This document shows, piece by piece, positions 11,881 to 24,017 of a stretch of DNA of 64,000 bases. This DNA comes from Heteronotia binoei (taxonomy: Eukaryota). Position 1 is the stretch's first letter, and each line of letters starts with the position of its first letter. Under the pieces are notes generated by a model, which was not told where the DNA came from, did no database searches, and worked only from the letters and a program-made list of their open reading frames with translations. The stretch covers positions 249,612,001-249,676,000 of the forward strand of contig NC_083223.1 in assembly GCF_032191835.1 (NCBI RefSeq), written 5' to 3'. Made by a program: the position numbers and the translations under genes.

Positions 11881-14274
11881 AGAGGGTTCAAATATTTTAA
11901 TTCACAGAAGACAGATCCTAAAAATCATTAATGTTTTACGCACTGCAAGTAGGTAAGCCCATAAATACCATATATGCTGATACCAACTTTTTAAAGCAGC
12001 TGCAAACCTGAGGTTGCCTTCAATTGTACTAGCTAGGAGTCAGAATGTGCTCTTCAAGATTAACACCCCCTTTGAGGATCCTGCTCAAGAGCCCTCCTTC
12101 CATGCCATCCACCTGAGTCCAATGAAGCACCTCTGCAGCCCATATTGGACCCAAACATGGCACTACAGGTGCCCCTGCACATGCCCCCTCCCATGCAAGG
12201 GCCTTGTCGGACCCAAGCTCGGCTGCAGTGGTACAAATTTGGGAGGTGATGACAGGTACAAGCTATACACCTTTCACTTATTCCCATGGTACACTCTCTG
12301 ACGATTTAATACCCCAAGCGGTCATGTGGGCAGTAAACTGGCCCTGTCTCCCTTCCTGTGCTACTATGTATTTTTTTAAAAAAAGAGAAAAAACCTTAAG
12401 TGGGATATACTAAATGTGCGAGAGAATAAAAAGAACCATAAAGCCTCAGAACACTAAGCGTTAGGGGCAGGAAGCCTATCTGCATATATGCATTTATTTA
12501 TATGCCACTATTCTACCCAGTTGGGACTCAAAGCAGCTTAGACCATTGTTCTCTTCCATTCTCTCATAACCACCACCCTGGGAGGTGGATCAGGCTGAAC
12601 ATTTGTAGTCAGAGACCACCTTTGTGTACACAGCTGAGCACACAATAAATAATCAGAACTAGGATACAGACATACACCTACTTTAATGGGGCTGGGAATT
12701 AAAATAAGAACTTTCCTGTTTTGCAGAGAACATGATTTTATTCATGTCACTCCCTTCTGCAGAATCATACTTCCTGCTGTGGCCAGAAAGAGGAACTTTC
12801 TGCACTGCAAAGGGAGACTTAAGCAAATGGGAAGCTTTGTCTGCGCCTAAACACAGCCCAGGTGTACATACCAGAAGAGTAATCTGAATTCCTAACATTC
12901 CACCCCCACCAAACACCCAAAAATAAACCATGCACCATCATGCAGCTATACTAATACAACAGAGTATGCAACTCTGGATGTGTTACCCCTTAAGGCAGAA
13001 TGTCTGTTTTGTTGACAGTCACCATAGCAACAAGACAAAAAAACTTATTTGCAGTCAAAAGGATTTTTGAAATTTGAACTCTTCCAGCAACAAAATTTTC
13101 TTTCTATAGTTAGTACATTTCAAATATCCTTTAAAAGTGCAAATATCTTGTTTTCCTATTATTTATAATTTTGCACACAGGGGGGAGATACTGAATTAAT
13201 AAGTTGTCCTTCACTTTCCTCTTATTGCCATGGTGACTCAAAAAAACAGGTGTTCTATTACACCTTGTTTAATGCCCAATGATGCACTAATTTAATGATG
13301 CACTGAAGAGAGTTCTCCTAATGCTTGCTGCAGATTCAAAACCTTTGGCCTAGCAACAGTGGAACCTCAGAGAATCCAATCTTGTGATATCACAATCCTT
13401 GTACAGGTGAGTGAGTAGAACAGGGCGCACAGTTTAAATTGCATGGCATGACACTGCAAAGTCGAGTGAAGACCATGAAGTTTGCTGTGCCAGAGATCCT
13501 GTAGGAATAATACCTGTTCAGCACAGAAAGTGCCACATATCAGACATATCATGGCAATGAACTTGGATGCTCTGTACCTCTGTCAGGAATTGTTTTTGCA
13601 AACCAGGGCTCAGCAGTTACCTTCTGATAACTGTAAACCCCCAGCCCCAATCCCACCACTGCTTTCTACTTGACCATATTCCCACCCTATCTCGCGGAGC
13701 CATTCTCTAAAATCTCCCTTTATCCCATGAGGGCACGTAGGGAGAATTACCATTTCTTAAAGAGTTCTCTAGCGGTATCCGCAAGGAGGCAGAAGACGTT
13801 TATGCTTCCACTCGGAATAATCTCTACCCACCCCACCCATGATGGCGCTTCTCTCATGTGTACACAGGATGTACCGACTGCCGCCATCGAAGTCACCTTC
13901 GGACAAAGAAAAGGCCTGCCGAAAGCCGTGAGTGCTAAACGGAGCTTCCGCGTTCACAGTTCGATGCCGGGGGAGCCTAGAGGCGACAGAGCCTAAGTGG
14001 GAGCTTCCCAAGAGTATACAGGCGACTCAATAAGCCGGGTTTTTTCCAACGAGGAGGATCGAACAAGTTTAAACGGCGGGCCAGTTTACTGCGTGGTGGC
14101 GAAGCCCCCTTACCCGGAGCCAGTTTACCCCCCTCCCCCCATTTATTGAAGACTCGGCCGCTGCCTTACTACGCTGTTCGGTAAGAGAAGGGAACTAGAA
14201 ACGGGAGAAGGGGCCCGGCTAGCGGGCGTCCTGCACCCAAGGGAGAGAACGGAGCCTCTCGCTCTCGCCGATAC

Positions 14275-14629
14275 CTTTGACGACGTCGCACTCGACCACG
14301 GGCCCATACTGCTGGAAGAGGACGCGCAGCTCGCTACTAGTGCAGGCAGCCGAGACGTTGCCCACAAAGACCTTGACGGTGTGTGTGGGCCTAGGCCGCG
14401 AGGGCTCGACGACGACGCGGCGGCCATGCAGCGGGTGGCCGTTAAGCTTGAGGATGGCGCGCTCGGCCGCCTCCTCGTCGCGCATGTGCACGAAGGCGAA
14501 CTGCTTCATGAGGGCCACGTTCAGCACCTCGCCCGGTTCGGCCGCCGCTGCCTCGAACAACTCGCGCAGTTCCACCTGCGACGCCTCTTCGGGCACGTTG
14601 CCCACGAAAAGCTTCACGCCCGGGCGCAT
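14275..14629 (-). CDS. RBM14: RBM14 coding exon 1 (RRM1 and start of RRM2)
   Basis: ATG at 14629 gives [12 protein letters not shown]...[10 protein letters not shown]...[25 protein letters not shown]...ECDVVK. Donor AAAG|gtatc at 14275/14274. Spliced CDS is 355+1360+220 = 1935 nt, or 644 aa. Confidence 0.95.
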
Positions 14630-14990
14630 CGGCTCGCCCTCCCTGCCGAGCGGAACCAAGGAAGGAAGGAAAGACACTCAAAATGGCGCCAGCGTTCTGA
14701 AGCAGGGAGGGAGGAGGAAGAGGGACGAAGGGAGACGACGCGCCCTCCAGACACCGCCAGGCGGGACGTCATCAACCATAGACACCAACCGCTTGCTCGG
14801 CGCTTGGCACGCGCCCAAACAGTCTCAGGCGAAGGCTCGGCCCTCCCCTTGCGTTACATAAATCAGCTGCCTGCGCACTGGTGTCTCCATAACCCTTCCA
14901 AAAGGAATTCCGTCTTGCCTCGTACCGTAGAGCCTCTTTGTACACATGCGCACTGCTCTCAATACAGCGGTTCCTTTTGTTGGAAGTAGT
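14630..14990 (-). promoter_or_regulatory. RBM14 CpG-island promoter / 5'UTR
   Basis: CpG-rich from about 13900 to 14960. Contains a YY1-type CAAAATGGCG (14679-14688), a CRE-like GACGTCA (14765-14771), GTTACATAA (14853-14861) and an NRF1-like CATGCGCA near 14945. Confidence 0.65.
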
Positions 14991-15240
14991 CATTTTACAA
15001 AGCCATTCAAATAACTATCATCAAAGTTAAATGTGATCCTTCTCATCTAAGGGAAAGGGGGCAGGTATGAACTGCTTAAGTTGGCGAAAGGTGGAATGGG
15101 GAGGAGAACGTGTTTGGGATCTACTGTGAATAACAGATCTGCCCTAGAGGCAGAGTACCTTGGTGACTCGAGCCCGGTTCTCTATTATTGATGGGATTTG
15201 TGCATTTCTTAATATTATAAAAACACTAACAGTCTCCAGA

Positions 15241-15372
15241 GGAACTTCAGAAACAGATGGGAACGAGAGATTGCTGAATGACAAGTTATTACAACTCTCA
15301 GAAACAGATAGGAACTTCAGAAACAGATGGGAACGAGAGATTGCTGAATGACAAGTTATTACAACTCTCAGA
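15241..15372 (+). repeat. 70-bp tandem duplication
   Basis: ggaacttcagaaacagatgggaacgagagattgctgaatgacaagttattacaactctcagaa begins at both 15241 and 15311. Confidence 0.95.
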
Positions 15373-15714
15373 AGAACAATGGAATCCACAGGACATAACA
15401 GATATCAGCTTCTTACACATGCTAAGTCATTCAGTTCTCACTTATACCCAGAAATCAAACTTTGTTGACCACTGAACTCAAAGTTAATTCTTACATCTGT
15501 TGTTAACTCCTTTATTATCCATATACCAACTGACTGGTATTTACATATCTTAGATATGTGTTTTCAATCTTAGCTGTATTCATTGCTCAATTACTTAAGG
15601 CATCTTGATTCTAATTAGCTCTTCCTGGCAACTAACCCCCCCCCCATATGCAATATTTGAGGAAATCTGTTTAAATTAATGTGATTTATGGCACTTTCCA
15701 CCATGTTACCTGCA

Positions 15715-15837
15715 CCCCACTTCTGAACAGTGGAATTCACTGCCACAGGAGGTGGCGGCGGCCACAAGCATAGCCACCTTCAAGAGGGGTTTAGATAAAA
15801 ATATGGAGCAGAGGTCCATTAGTGGCTATTAGCCACA

Positions 15838-15870
<33 letters not shown>

Positions 15871-15955
15871 AAATTTTGCCTCTGTGTGACACAGAGTGTT
15901 GGACTGTATGGGCCATTAGCCTGATCTAACATGGCTTCTCTTATGTTCTTATGTT
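15715..15955 (+). mobile_element. CR1 LINE 3' end with internal (GT)n(AT)n tract
   Basis: 'gtggaattcactgccacaggaggtgg...ggctattagccac...acatggcttctcttatgttcttatgtt'; the microsatellite lies at about 15838-15870. Confidence 0.75.
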
Positions 15956-16199
15956 AAGTTCAGCTAATAAACACATACCTGGACTGGCTCAGTGAGCTGC
16001 TGTGCATAAGGAGTACTTTGTAGGTGCCCAGAGGTTCATGCACTTTCTGTTTTTAAATCCTGCTTCCTCATCCACTAGAAAAGATCCTGTAGCTAGTGAT
16101 AACTGAACACAGGGAAAGCTGTTGTGAGCTTGGTTGTGACTAAGTCTATCTTACAGGCTTGCCTTCAGTGGCTTTTTTTCTTTTGCAGTAAAGTCATAG

Positions 16200-16355
16200 G
16201 ATTTTCAAGGTAAGAGACATTCAGGGTTGGTTTGCCATTGGCTGCCTTTGCTTCATGACTTTGATGGTTCTCCCATCCAAATACTGACCAGGGCTGGTCC
16301 TGCTTAGCTTCTGAGACCTGACGAATTCAGGCTTGGCTAGGCTATCCAGGTCAAG
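16200..16355 (-). mobile_element. 5S rRNA-derived SINE (degenerate)
   Basis: Reverse complement reads 'cctgaattcgtcaggtctcagaagctaagcaggaccagccctggtcagtatttggatgggagaacc', which is 5S-like with A-box and C-box similarity. Confidence 0.65.
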
Positions 16356-18086
16356 GGACACAGTGACATGCCTATGAGGAACTACAGCCCATGACAAAAG
16401 GAATGGTAATGCATCTCAGTGATTGTAGACGTTGTCTCCGTCAGCCTTAAGTGCTGGGAAATGGCAAGGACCTATCAGGATATGGAGAGGGTGGCCCTCA
16501 TCTGAAGAGAAAGGTCAGGAGCGCACCTTTATGTGTATGAAGAAAAAATATATAGTTTAGTTTCTGCAAGATACAAAGAAGCAGACACAGCTGTAAATTG
16601 GCTGAAGTTCCTTATGGATGCAGATGTCTCCCTTAGATCCGAAGTGGGTTAGTGGATCTGTTGCCCAGGCTAGGAATACCTTTGTAATGCCACCTGTTCT
16701 CTTCTGATGTATTTGAAAATATCACAAACTAAGCTCTGGCTCGAGTCAGAAGAAATAATCATGCACAGCAGTAACCATAAGCAGCCCTTCCAGATTAGAA
16801 GAGCATAACGTTCAGGAATCCTGAAAATACTCCACAAAAGATTCCTACACAGAAACACACAGACACAGAACAAGGATCACCCAAAATTAACATGAGACCT
16901 GGAAGTAGAGTGTAAGAATGCAAAATTTAATGGTTGATTTTAGATCACAAGGAACAGGCCTAGAGTATGCTCATCTGAAAATTCTCTGACATTTCATCCG
17001 TCCAACATACAAAGCAAGAGAAAGAATCCCTTCCTCAGTAATCCCCCCACAGTTCCAAGACAATTACACAAATTTTGTATTCATCAATCCAGAATAAATG
17101 ACCCACTGCATTGCTGTCATTCATAATTTCTGTCTTAGATGATGATTCCCCATTTTGTTTATCAGTACGTGCTGACAGTGGGAGAAAGGTCATTGGTTTA
17201 GCTTTTCAGATTGCAAGTATGTGGCCAAAAGAGTCATCTGTGTTTATAAAGGTAGCTTTGTATGCAGGATCATCGAGGGTGCTCTCAAAGAACACATGCC
17301 TCAACATCCTACCATCCTTTCACAACACGGAAGACAGTGTTTCAAAAAGGAAACTGTGCAAGGCACTTTTTAAAAAACAATACTTGGCAATTAACATTAA
17401 ACACACCCATGACAGCACTAGCAAGCACTTAACTCATGTATCAACAACCAGGGACATCAAAGGATAGCAACAATTTCCCATAAAAAGTGGCATAGCCACC
17501 ATCCACACATTTTCCTACTTCAAGGAAAGATTAAGGTAATGGGATATTCCTTCACAACATGAGTTGGTTGTGCCTTTCCAAGATGCCACCTCCTCCCCAG
17601 CTGGGCTACAAAGCATTTAAGATTGCATGACCAGCAGTTATTCAACAGGCTAAGCTACTGCCTTTACTGTGCTTCCATGTAGCTGCACCTAAGAGTGCAA
17701 CAAGAGTGGGAAAAGAGAAGAAGTGTCAGTCAGTCAATACCTTTATTGGCATAAAGAAAGAAGTATTCTCAAGCAGGGCAAGACCAACACAATATGGGCA
17801 CAGAAGCCTCCATCCAGAGGGCAAATGCTTTCATTGGAATGTTTCTAGACAGAGTATAGTTCACAGGGCCATACACTGAGATGCTGCCCAATCACCTTCA
17901 CTCATGAAGGAAGCTGGCCTATTAAAAATATGCTCACTCCACCTATGCCATGGCCAAGATCTCTGTTTAGGCCTGACTGGTATTGTGGCAACCAGCCACA
18001 AGCCAACTCCTGCAATGCCCCAAAGAGTCTTATGCCAAACAGACAGACAATCTGCAGTGGAGATGGTGCAAGCTCGACCAGATATC

Positions 18087-18228
18087 CTAAAGATGAGGGG
18101 TTGGCTGGCTGGCCGCCTTCCTGCCTGGCTGTTTCCGTTCTTCCCACAGCGTCACTCCATCACAGGTACATACTTTCTTGGGGTTCTGGAAGAGGCCAGC
18201 AGAGCGAGCAATGATTCCACAGGCCACT
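18087..18228 (-). CDS. CCS: CCS exon 8 (domain III, CXC motif)
   Basis: Acceptor tgctttcag|A. Translation [31 protein letters not shown]...PHL*, with TAG at 18089-18087. Total CDS is 819 nt, or 272 aa. Confidence 0.96.
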
Positions 18229-19020
18229 CTGAAAGCAAAGAAACAGAGGATTGGAAAGGGCTGGGCCGGGGCGGTGTGCATTAAAGATTTCTCCACCACA
18301 GAATTCATAACTTTTTTTAACAGCAAACATTTAGTCCTGATTGCAGCAAAGAGAAAGCTGAATGTGTGGGCAATGCCAACTGAAGTCACAAGAGGACAGA
18401 AGCTGAACAGGATTGAAGGTTCTATGCCAGGCTTTTTTTCCGCAGGAGTCCACAGGAGTGGAGCTCCACCTGGGCTGACCAGGGCTCCAGCTGGCCCAAA
18501 CCACCATGCAGCAGCCACATGCTTCCAGGCCAGGGGGTGTGGCCTAATATGCAAATGAGCTCCGGCTGGACTTTTCTGTAAAAAAAATAAAGCGCTGTTT
18601 CCATACCAAATGGAAACCTTTGTCCTTCTTCACAACTAGCAGAAGAAAATAAGCTAAGCAAAATAAGCAACAGGAATAATGTGCAGCCTTTGGATTTCAA
18701 GCACAAAGTAAAAATAAACAGAAGTCTGGCATCTTAAACAAGACTAACTTTCACAGCACCACAGGACTTCTGTTTATTTTCATCCTAACAGACTAAAACA
18801 GCTGAAACTGTTACACACAAAGTTTGTATGCATGCAGATATTTATTTTATGCTTGAGCTAGAGACAAAGCTATCCCTTGCCTTTCCCTCTTCCATCACCT
18901 CCTTCCCTTCCCCAGTGGCTCCCAAACTTTCCAGCCCCATCAAACTGCAGAGTTTATCACGTTTCAGCTTGTAAGGCACAAGAAGAACACCTGGTCCAAG
19001 TCTACATCTTCATTTCTTAC

Positions 19021-19124
19021 CGCTCGCCTGAATTGCCTGTGACTTTTGAGAGTGGGTGGCTTCCACGGCCCAAGTCATCCTCTCCTGAGTCTACCACCAA
19101 GGAGCGCCCAATGATATCATAGAC
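19021..19124 (-). CDS. CCS: CCS exon 7
   Basis: ctcttag|GTCTAT...GAGCG|gtaaga; [35 protein letters not shown]; 104 nt. Confidence 0.96.
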
Positions 19125-19386
19125 CTAAGAGGGAAGCAAAGCAATGACTGGGACTTGCCTTGAGCAAATGCTATTCACCCCAGCTGAGCAGGTGATAAGC
19201 AAATGGAGTGCATAACAACTTGTCAGTGGAATTCTGGACTTCGGTGTGGACTGGGAACACTACTTGTGATATTGGTAGACTAGAGCATGCAAAAATAACC
19301 AGGATGCAGATGCATCCTATCATTGCTTTTCAAGGCCTTTGCTAAAATCATTCATCAGATGGTTCATGTGCTCCAGATGGCCTCAC

Positions 19387-19464
19387 CTTCAATTGGTTGT
19401 TTTCCATCCGAAAGGAAGCCCTTCCATCATCAGCAGCCAGGATATTCCCAAGATCCCCAGCATG
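19387..19464 (-). CDS. CCS: CCS exon 6
   Basis: gttccag|CAT...AAG|gtgagg; HAGDLGNILAADDGRASFRMENNQLK; 78 nt. Confidence 0.96.
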
Positions 19465-19934
19465 CTGGAACATAAAAACACAAAACTAACCATGCTGGAT
19501 CAGACCAATGGTCAATCTAGTCCAGTATCCCATTCCAGAAATGTCCAGTCAGTGAAACACACAAGCAGGGACCAGAGGCAACAGCCATCACCTGCGACTG
19601 CTCCCCACCACCCGTCAATCAGGGGTGGGATACTGGACTAGATTGACCATTGGTCTGAATCCAGGGGCCCCATTTGGTTATATACCAGCTAATAGCAAAC
19701 AGTAGACCTGTTTTCTGCAAGCCTGTCCAACCCCTTTTTAAATTCATCTAGGCCAACGGCCACCACCACCACATCTGGCACTGAGGCCTGCAAGCCACCC
19801 ACTGTAAGCAGTACTTTTTGTTCATCTTGCATCTACTACCTAATCTGTACACTGGCCCTAAGTTCTTATATGGTAGGAAAGAGAGAGAAGTTTCTAGCCC
19901 CCGAATGCATAGTTGTGTAGACCTCTGTTATGTC

Positions 19935-20667
19935 TAGGGATGGGCACGAACCTGCTGACGAACTAAAAATCATTATGAATTTTGGCTGGTTTGTGACTTG
20001 CAAAACAATGTTTGTGAACTGGAGTATTCCATAAATTTTGGTGCAGTCTGTGGCAGTTCATGAAAAAACAGCTGTTTGGTTTAAATGGTTTAAACCAAAC
20101 AGCTGAGCAGTGATTCCTGCAGCAGTCCCTGTCTTAGTTTAGTGTAGTAGTTAAGTGTGCCAGTTTGGTGTAGTGGTTAAGTGTGCGGACTCTTATTTGG
20201 GAAAACCAAGTTTGATTTCCCACTCCTCTACATACACCTGCTGATGTGACCTTGGTCAGCCACAAGTTCTCTCAAAGCTGTTCTGCTCAAGAGCAGTTCT
20301 GGGAGAGCTCTCTCAGCCTCACCTACCTTACAGGGTGTCTGTTGTGAGGAGGGGAAGGGAAAGGAGATTTGTAAGCCGCTATGAGACTCCTTTGGGTAGT
20401 GAAGGAAGGGGTATAAATCCAATCTCTTTTTCTTCTTAGCAAGGGTTTCCAAAAAGCTGAGTGGTGGTCCCACTGATCTGCTGTTTGGAAATCCCTGCTT
20501 TCTGCTTGCTGAGAAAAGCCAAAGGGAGCAGAAAGGAGTTTAAACTTTAAATAGCTAACGAACCAATATAAACCAGCCTCCCAGTTCATATGGGTTCATG
20601 GTTCAGTTTGTGGTTCAGCTATGAACTACAAACCAAACTGCAAAAATGCAGTTCATGCCCATCCTTA
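19935..20667. mobile_element. Non-autonomous hAT-type element with 8-bp TSD and a nested SINE
   Basis: TIRs TAGGGATGGGCACGAAC and GTTCATGCCCATCCTTA. TSD GTTATGTC at 19927-19934 and 20668-20675. Confidence 0.85.
20135..20437 (+). mobile_element. tRNA-derived MIR/Ther1-like SINE (Squam3-type) with duplicated head
   Basis: Head 'gccagtttggtgtagtggttaagtgtgcggactc', MIR-like core 'cctaccttacagggtgtctgttgtgagg' and a CTT-rich tail. The head motif is repeated at 20135-20160. Confidence 0.8.
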
Positions 20668-20906
20668 GTTATGTCACTCTTCATTTACTATTTCCCCCTA
20701 AACTAAAAAACCCAAATGCTTAAAACTTGCTTCACAGGGCAAGTGTTCCAACCCTGTGATTGTTAATGATAACCTTTCTCTCTTCCTCACCGCTGTTTAT
20801 TATTTTTTTGACCTGTGGCAACCAGAACTGTGTACAATATTCCAAATGAGACCACACCAGGGATTTGCAGAAGGGTATGTCTATGTGCAGAGGTCTGGCA
20901 TCTTAC

Positions 20907-20967
20907 CCTGTACAGGTCCTGTGGGCCCCCATGGCAGTTCCCATCAGGATTGAAGTGTTCCCCACAG
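20907..20967 (-). CDS. CCS: CCS exon 5
   Basis: aacacag|C...AGG|gtaaga; CGEHFNPDGNCHGGPQDLYR; 61 nt. Confidence 0.96.
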
Positions 20968-21069
20968 CTGTGTTATGCGGAAGCAAAAGTGAAGGTTTTG
21001 ATACTCATAAAAAAGAAGACACCCCCACCCCAGTCACTGCCCCAATTGATAATGGATGGTTCTTCTCAC

Positions 21070-21250
21070 CTGTCACAGGAACTGGTGATGTCCCCAAATT
21101 CGTGAACATGCAAGCCATGTGGGCCTGGCTCCAAACCATCCACAGTGCCATCAATGAGACATTTCTCTCGGGACACCTGCAAGAACCTCACCACACCCTG
21201 TATTGATCCAGGGCCAGATATCATAGCTACTGCTGCACTGTCAATTGGTT
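21070..21250 (-). CDS. CCS: CCS exon 4 (SOD1-like domain II)
   Basis: cttgtag|AA...GACAG|gtgaga; AAVAMISGPGSIQGVVRFLQVSREKCLIDGTVDGLEPGPHGLHVHEFGD; 181 nt. Confidence 0.96.
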
Positions 21251-21649
21251 CTACAAGGGAATAAAAAATCAAAACCGTGTACTTTTAATCTATAGGCTAC
21301 ATATACAGACATATACATACAGACCCTACATATGCATACAGACCCAGCAGCTAAAAATAATAGACAATTTACACATGGGGAACTAAAGGTAAGAAAATCT
21401 ACAGCAGGAGTAGGACTTGAACCCAGGACTGCCAGATCTACATTTAATTCTCAAGACAGTTATTCTCTGTAGTAACGCATTTGGTTATACTGATCACTAA
21501 ACCCTGACAGAATTACAAACCCCAGAGATCATTTGAGGGCGAAATCCATGATGTTTGAAAACTACTTTTATAAATGTAATTTTGTTGTGCACATCTTTGC
21601 GAAAGAGGGCAAATGTTGGGGAGGGATGATGAGGCAGGCTGGGACTTAC

Positions 21650-21787
21650 GTGGCACAGTGCCCCCCATTCCTTTCAACACAGCTGTGCGTCCAGTGCTTT
21701 CCAAAAGGCTATGGACTTTCTCAGTTTGAAGGCTGGTCTCTAGCAGCACGGTTTGTGAATCTAGATTGACATCAAGCAGCTGGATGC
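21650..21787 (-). CDS. CCS: CCS exon 3
   Basis: gctccag|GC...CCAC|gtaagt; IQLLDVNLDSQTVLLETSLQTEKVHSLLESTGRTAVLKGMG; 138 nt. Confidence 0.96.
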
Positions 21788-22522
21788 CTGGAGCAAAATT
21801 AAGGCAAAGTGAGAGATGCATACCAATACGATAAATATACTCTACTGTATTGTGCTGTATGCAATTTAATTGACCACCATCGCTCCCCGGGATCCTACCA
21901 TAATCTTTTTCATGTCACTATTATCAAGTTTTTTAAAAAGTAGACAGAACTGAACAAACAGCAGTTACGATGAGTGTCAGGGAAACATTCTGGGGTGAGG
22001 CAGAGGTTAGGCTGAAGAAGCCTGATACAGACACCAGCTTCTCTATAGAGAAAAAGGGTGAGAGAGTTGCATAAGACCACAAGTACTGTGGAGACAGCAA
22101 AGAGGGAGAAGCAGTGCAGGGTTAAAATGCACAGAGTGAAACAACATTTGCACACACATGTATGAACCAAAGTGAAACCCCTTCCCCTAACAGCTTAAAT
22201 CAATTCATACAAGATCTGTTTGTGGGTGGACAGAAACAATCTGTAAGCATCATAAAGGCTAGACTTCCAACAGATCACTCTCTCTCCTCTTTCTTTCATC
22301 AAGTTCTTGATTGTGAAAGTTCTGGGGCACCATTTCTAGCTGTTCTCTGTAAATGTGGTGATGATGTAATAACACATCTGTTCCTATGAGGCTTTTAAAA
22401 AAAGTTCCGGTGCATTTTCAGATAGCATAAGCAGCATCCATATGCAGGGGTCGGGGTGAGCAAGAGGTGAACACCTGCTGCAAAAGTGGAGCTTAGAAGA
22501 GCAGCCCAGCCATTCACCTTAC

Positions 22523-22595
22523 CTGGTACTTCTTGCAGAGCTGCCTGAATGGCCTTCACACAACTCTGGCAGCTCATCTGGACAGCAAACTCCAG
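22523..22595 (-). CDS. CCS: CCS exon 2 (HMA/ATX1-like domain, MXCXXC)
   Basis: ttatgcag|CTG...CCAG|gtaagg; LEFAVQMSCQSCVKAIQAALQEVP; 73 nt. Confidence 0.97.
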
Positions 22596-23665
22596 CTGCA
22601 TAAAAGAGAAGTATCACATGAGGCAAAACTTACTGGGGAAAGTCAGTTACAGAAAAAGCTAAACACCATGGAGTGAATAAATGCATTTTTTCTCCTGGAA
22701 GGCTTGAGGAGATTCCATCCAGATTTCCAACATGTAACACATAAATGAAACCTAAGAGCCTTAAGAACAGTCTTGCGCAATTAGATCAAGGTCCACCCTG
22801 CTAAACATTCTTTACAAGAATCCTCAACACCAGAAACTGGCCAGGGGTCAAGACGTTGTTTCTTTTCTAGCTCTTTAATTTCTTTCACGGAGGAGAGGGA
22901 AGGCTGCTGACCAGCTCTGCTTTAGCGGAACTACTCCCATCTCCCACTGGGGGCGTAAAGTCTACTAGTCAGAGTAAAGCAGTGCCCAGAAGCAAGCTGC
23001 AAGAGGCTGGCGAGCAGGAGCATAGCGCTTTCTTTCTCCCCAGACTGCTCTTCCATCTCTATCGGCGTAGGGAGCGTAGTTCTTCTCCAGAGCCCTTTTG
23101 GCCTCCCCGCCCGCCCCTAACTAGAGGCATTCATCACCTATAAATAAACCCGAGGGCGACCACATCTCCGCTCTTTCTCCTCTGATTCCAACATGCTCAC
23201 CTGTTTGCCCTTCTTCACCTCTCAGCCTACCTCCACCCATAGCATTCCCACCCTACAAGCACTCAAGTAGCCCTCCTCTTCCAACTCACAGACCTAAACA
23301 AGAATGGTAAGTGGCATGGTGGTGGTTGTTTACCACAGAACTGAAGAGCACAAGACCTCCTTAATCAAATCCCTCGTCCACCTACAGCCTTTTCCCTCAA
23401 TTCCACTTATCAGGGTTTCCTCACCAACACGGAGAGCAACTTTTTTTTCCCCTGAAAAGGTTCCTGCTCGTTTTTTAAAATCGTTCCTGCACTTTTAACG
23501 GCTGCTCAGCAGACAGAAATTCAACAGTAACTCCTTAACACATACGGCTGAACCTACTGAATTGCCACCTGCTGGGCATCTCCCAGAAAGCTTAACAGCC
23601 AATACCCCGGAGAAGAAATAATTTACAATTTTAGTGCCCTCTATAGGGCAGGAAAGTCTTCTCAC

Positions 23666-23707
23666 CCGACAGCTGATGCCTTCACCCTCTCCAGAAGCAG
23701 CCTCCAT
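23666..23707 (-). CDS. CCS: CCS exon 1 (MEAASGEGEGISCR)
   Basis: ATG at 23707 and donor CGG|gtgaga at 23666/23665. It joins exon 2 in phase 0 and is similar in size to mammalian CCS exon 1. Confidence 0.85.
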
Positions 23708-24017
23708 TTCGTAGCACTTTCCTAATGGGAAATATTACACGACGTATTTGAACGTGACACACAAAATCGGCATATCGGAAATCCGGGCTGAGCAACAAAC
23801 TCTATGGTCTTTATTTTTCCGGGAGGCGGGCCGATAGTCCCGCCCTCTCTTCGCGAGCGGAGCTGGGGAAATCGTTCCCGTCGCTATAGTACAGTTACAG
23901 AAACAAAGCCACGCACCCAGCGTTCCGCCCGGAAACAAGCCGGCTCAGCTCTTTGCAGAACACCGTTTCTATGGCTACCGCTAGATACGTTGGCAAGCCC
24001 TGCTTCCCTCTCTCGCT
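23708..24017. promoter_or_regulatory. Bidirectional CCS/CCDC87 promoter
   Basis: There are 310 bp between the divergent ATGs. The interval is CpG-rich, with ETS-like CGGAAA motifs, a GC box and TTCGCGAG. Confidence 0.7.

Noticed and set aside
14277-14989. 194-202-aa ORFs overlapping RBM14 exon 1 and promoter
   Set aside because: CpG-island stop-codon depletion; no recognisable domain.
17742-17747. AATAAA (minus strand) as the CCS polyA signal
   Set aside because: Plausible, but it sits in a GCCAATAAAGGTATT motif that recurs at about 32435 and looks like a repeat tail, so it is not assigned.
23195-23240. Strong minus-strand donor CAG|gtgagc in CCS intron 1
   Set aside because: No clear acceptor or start upstream. 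The CCS CDS is complete without it, so it is at most a minor alternative exon.
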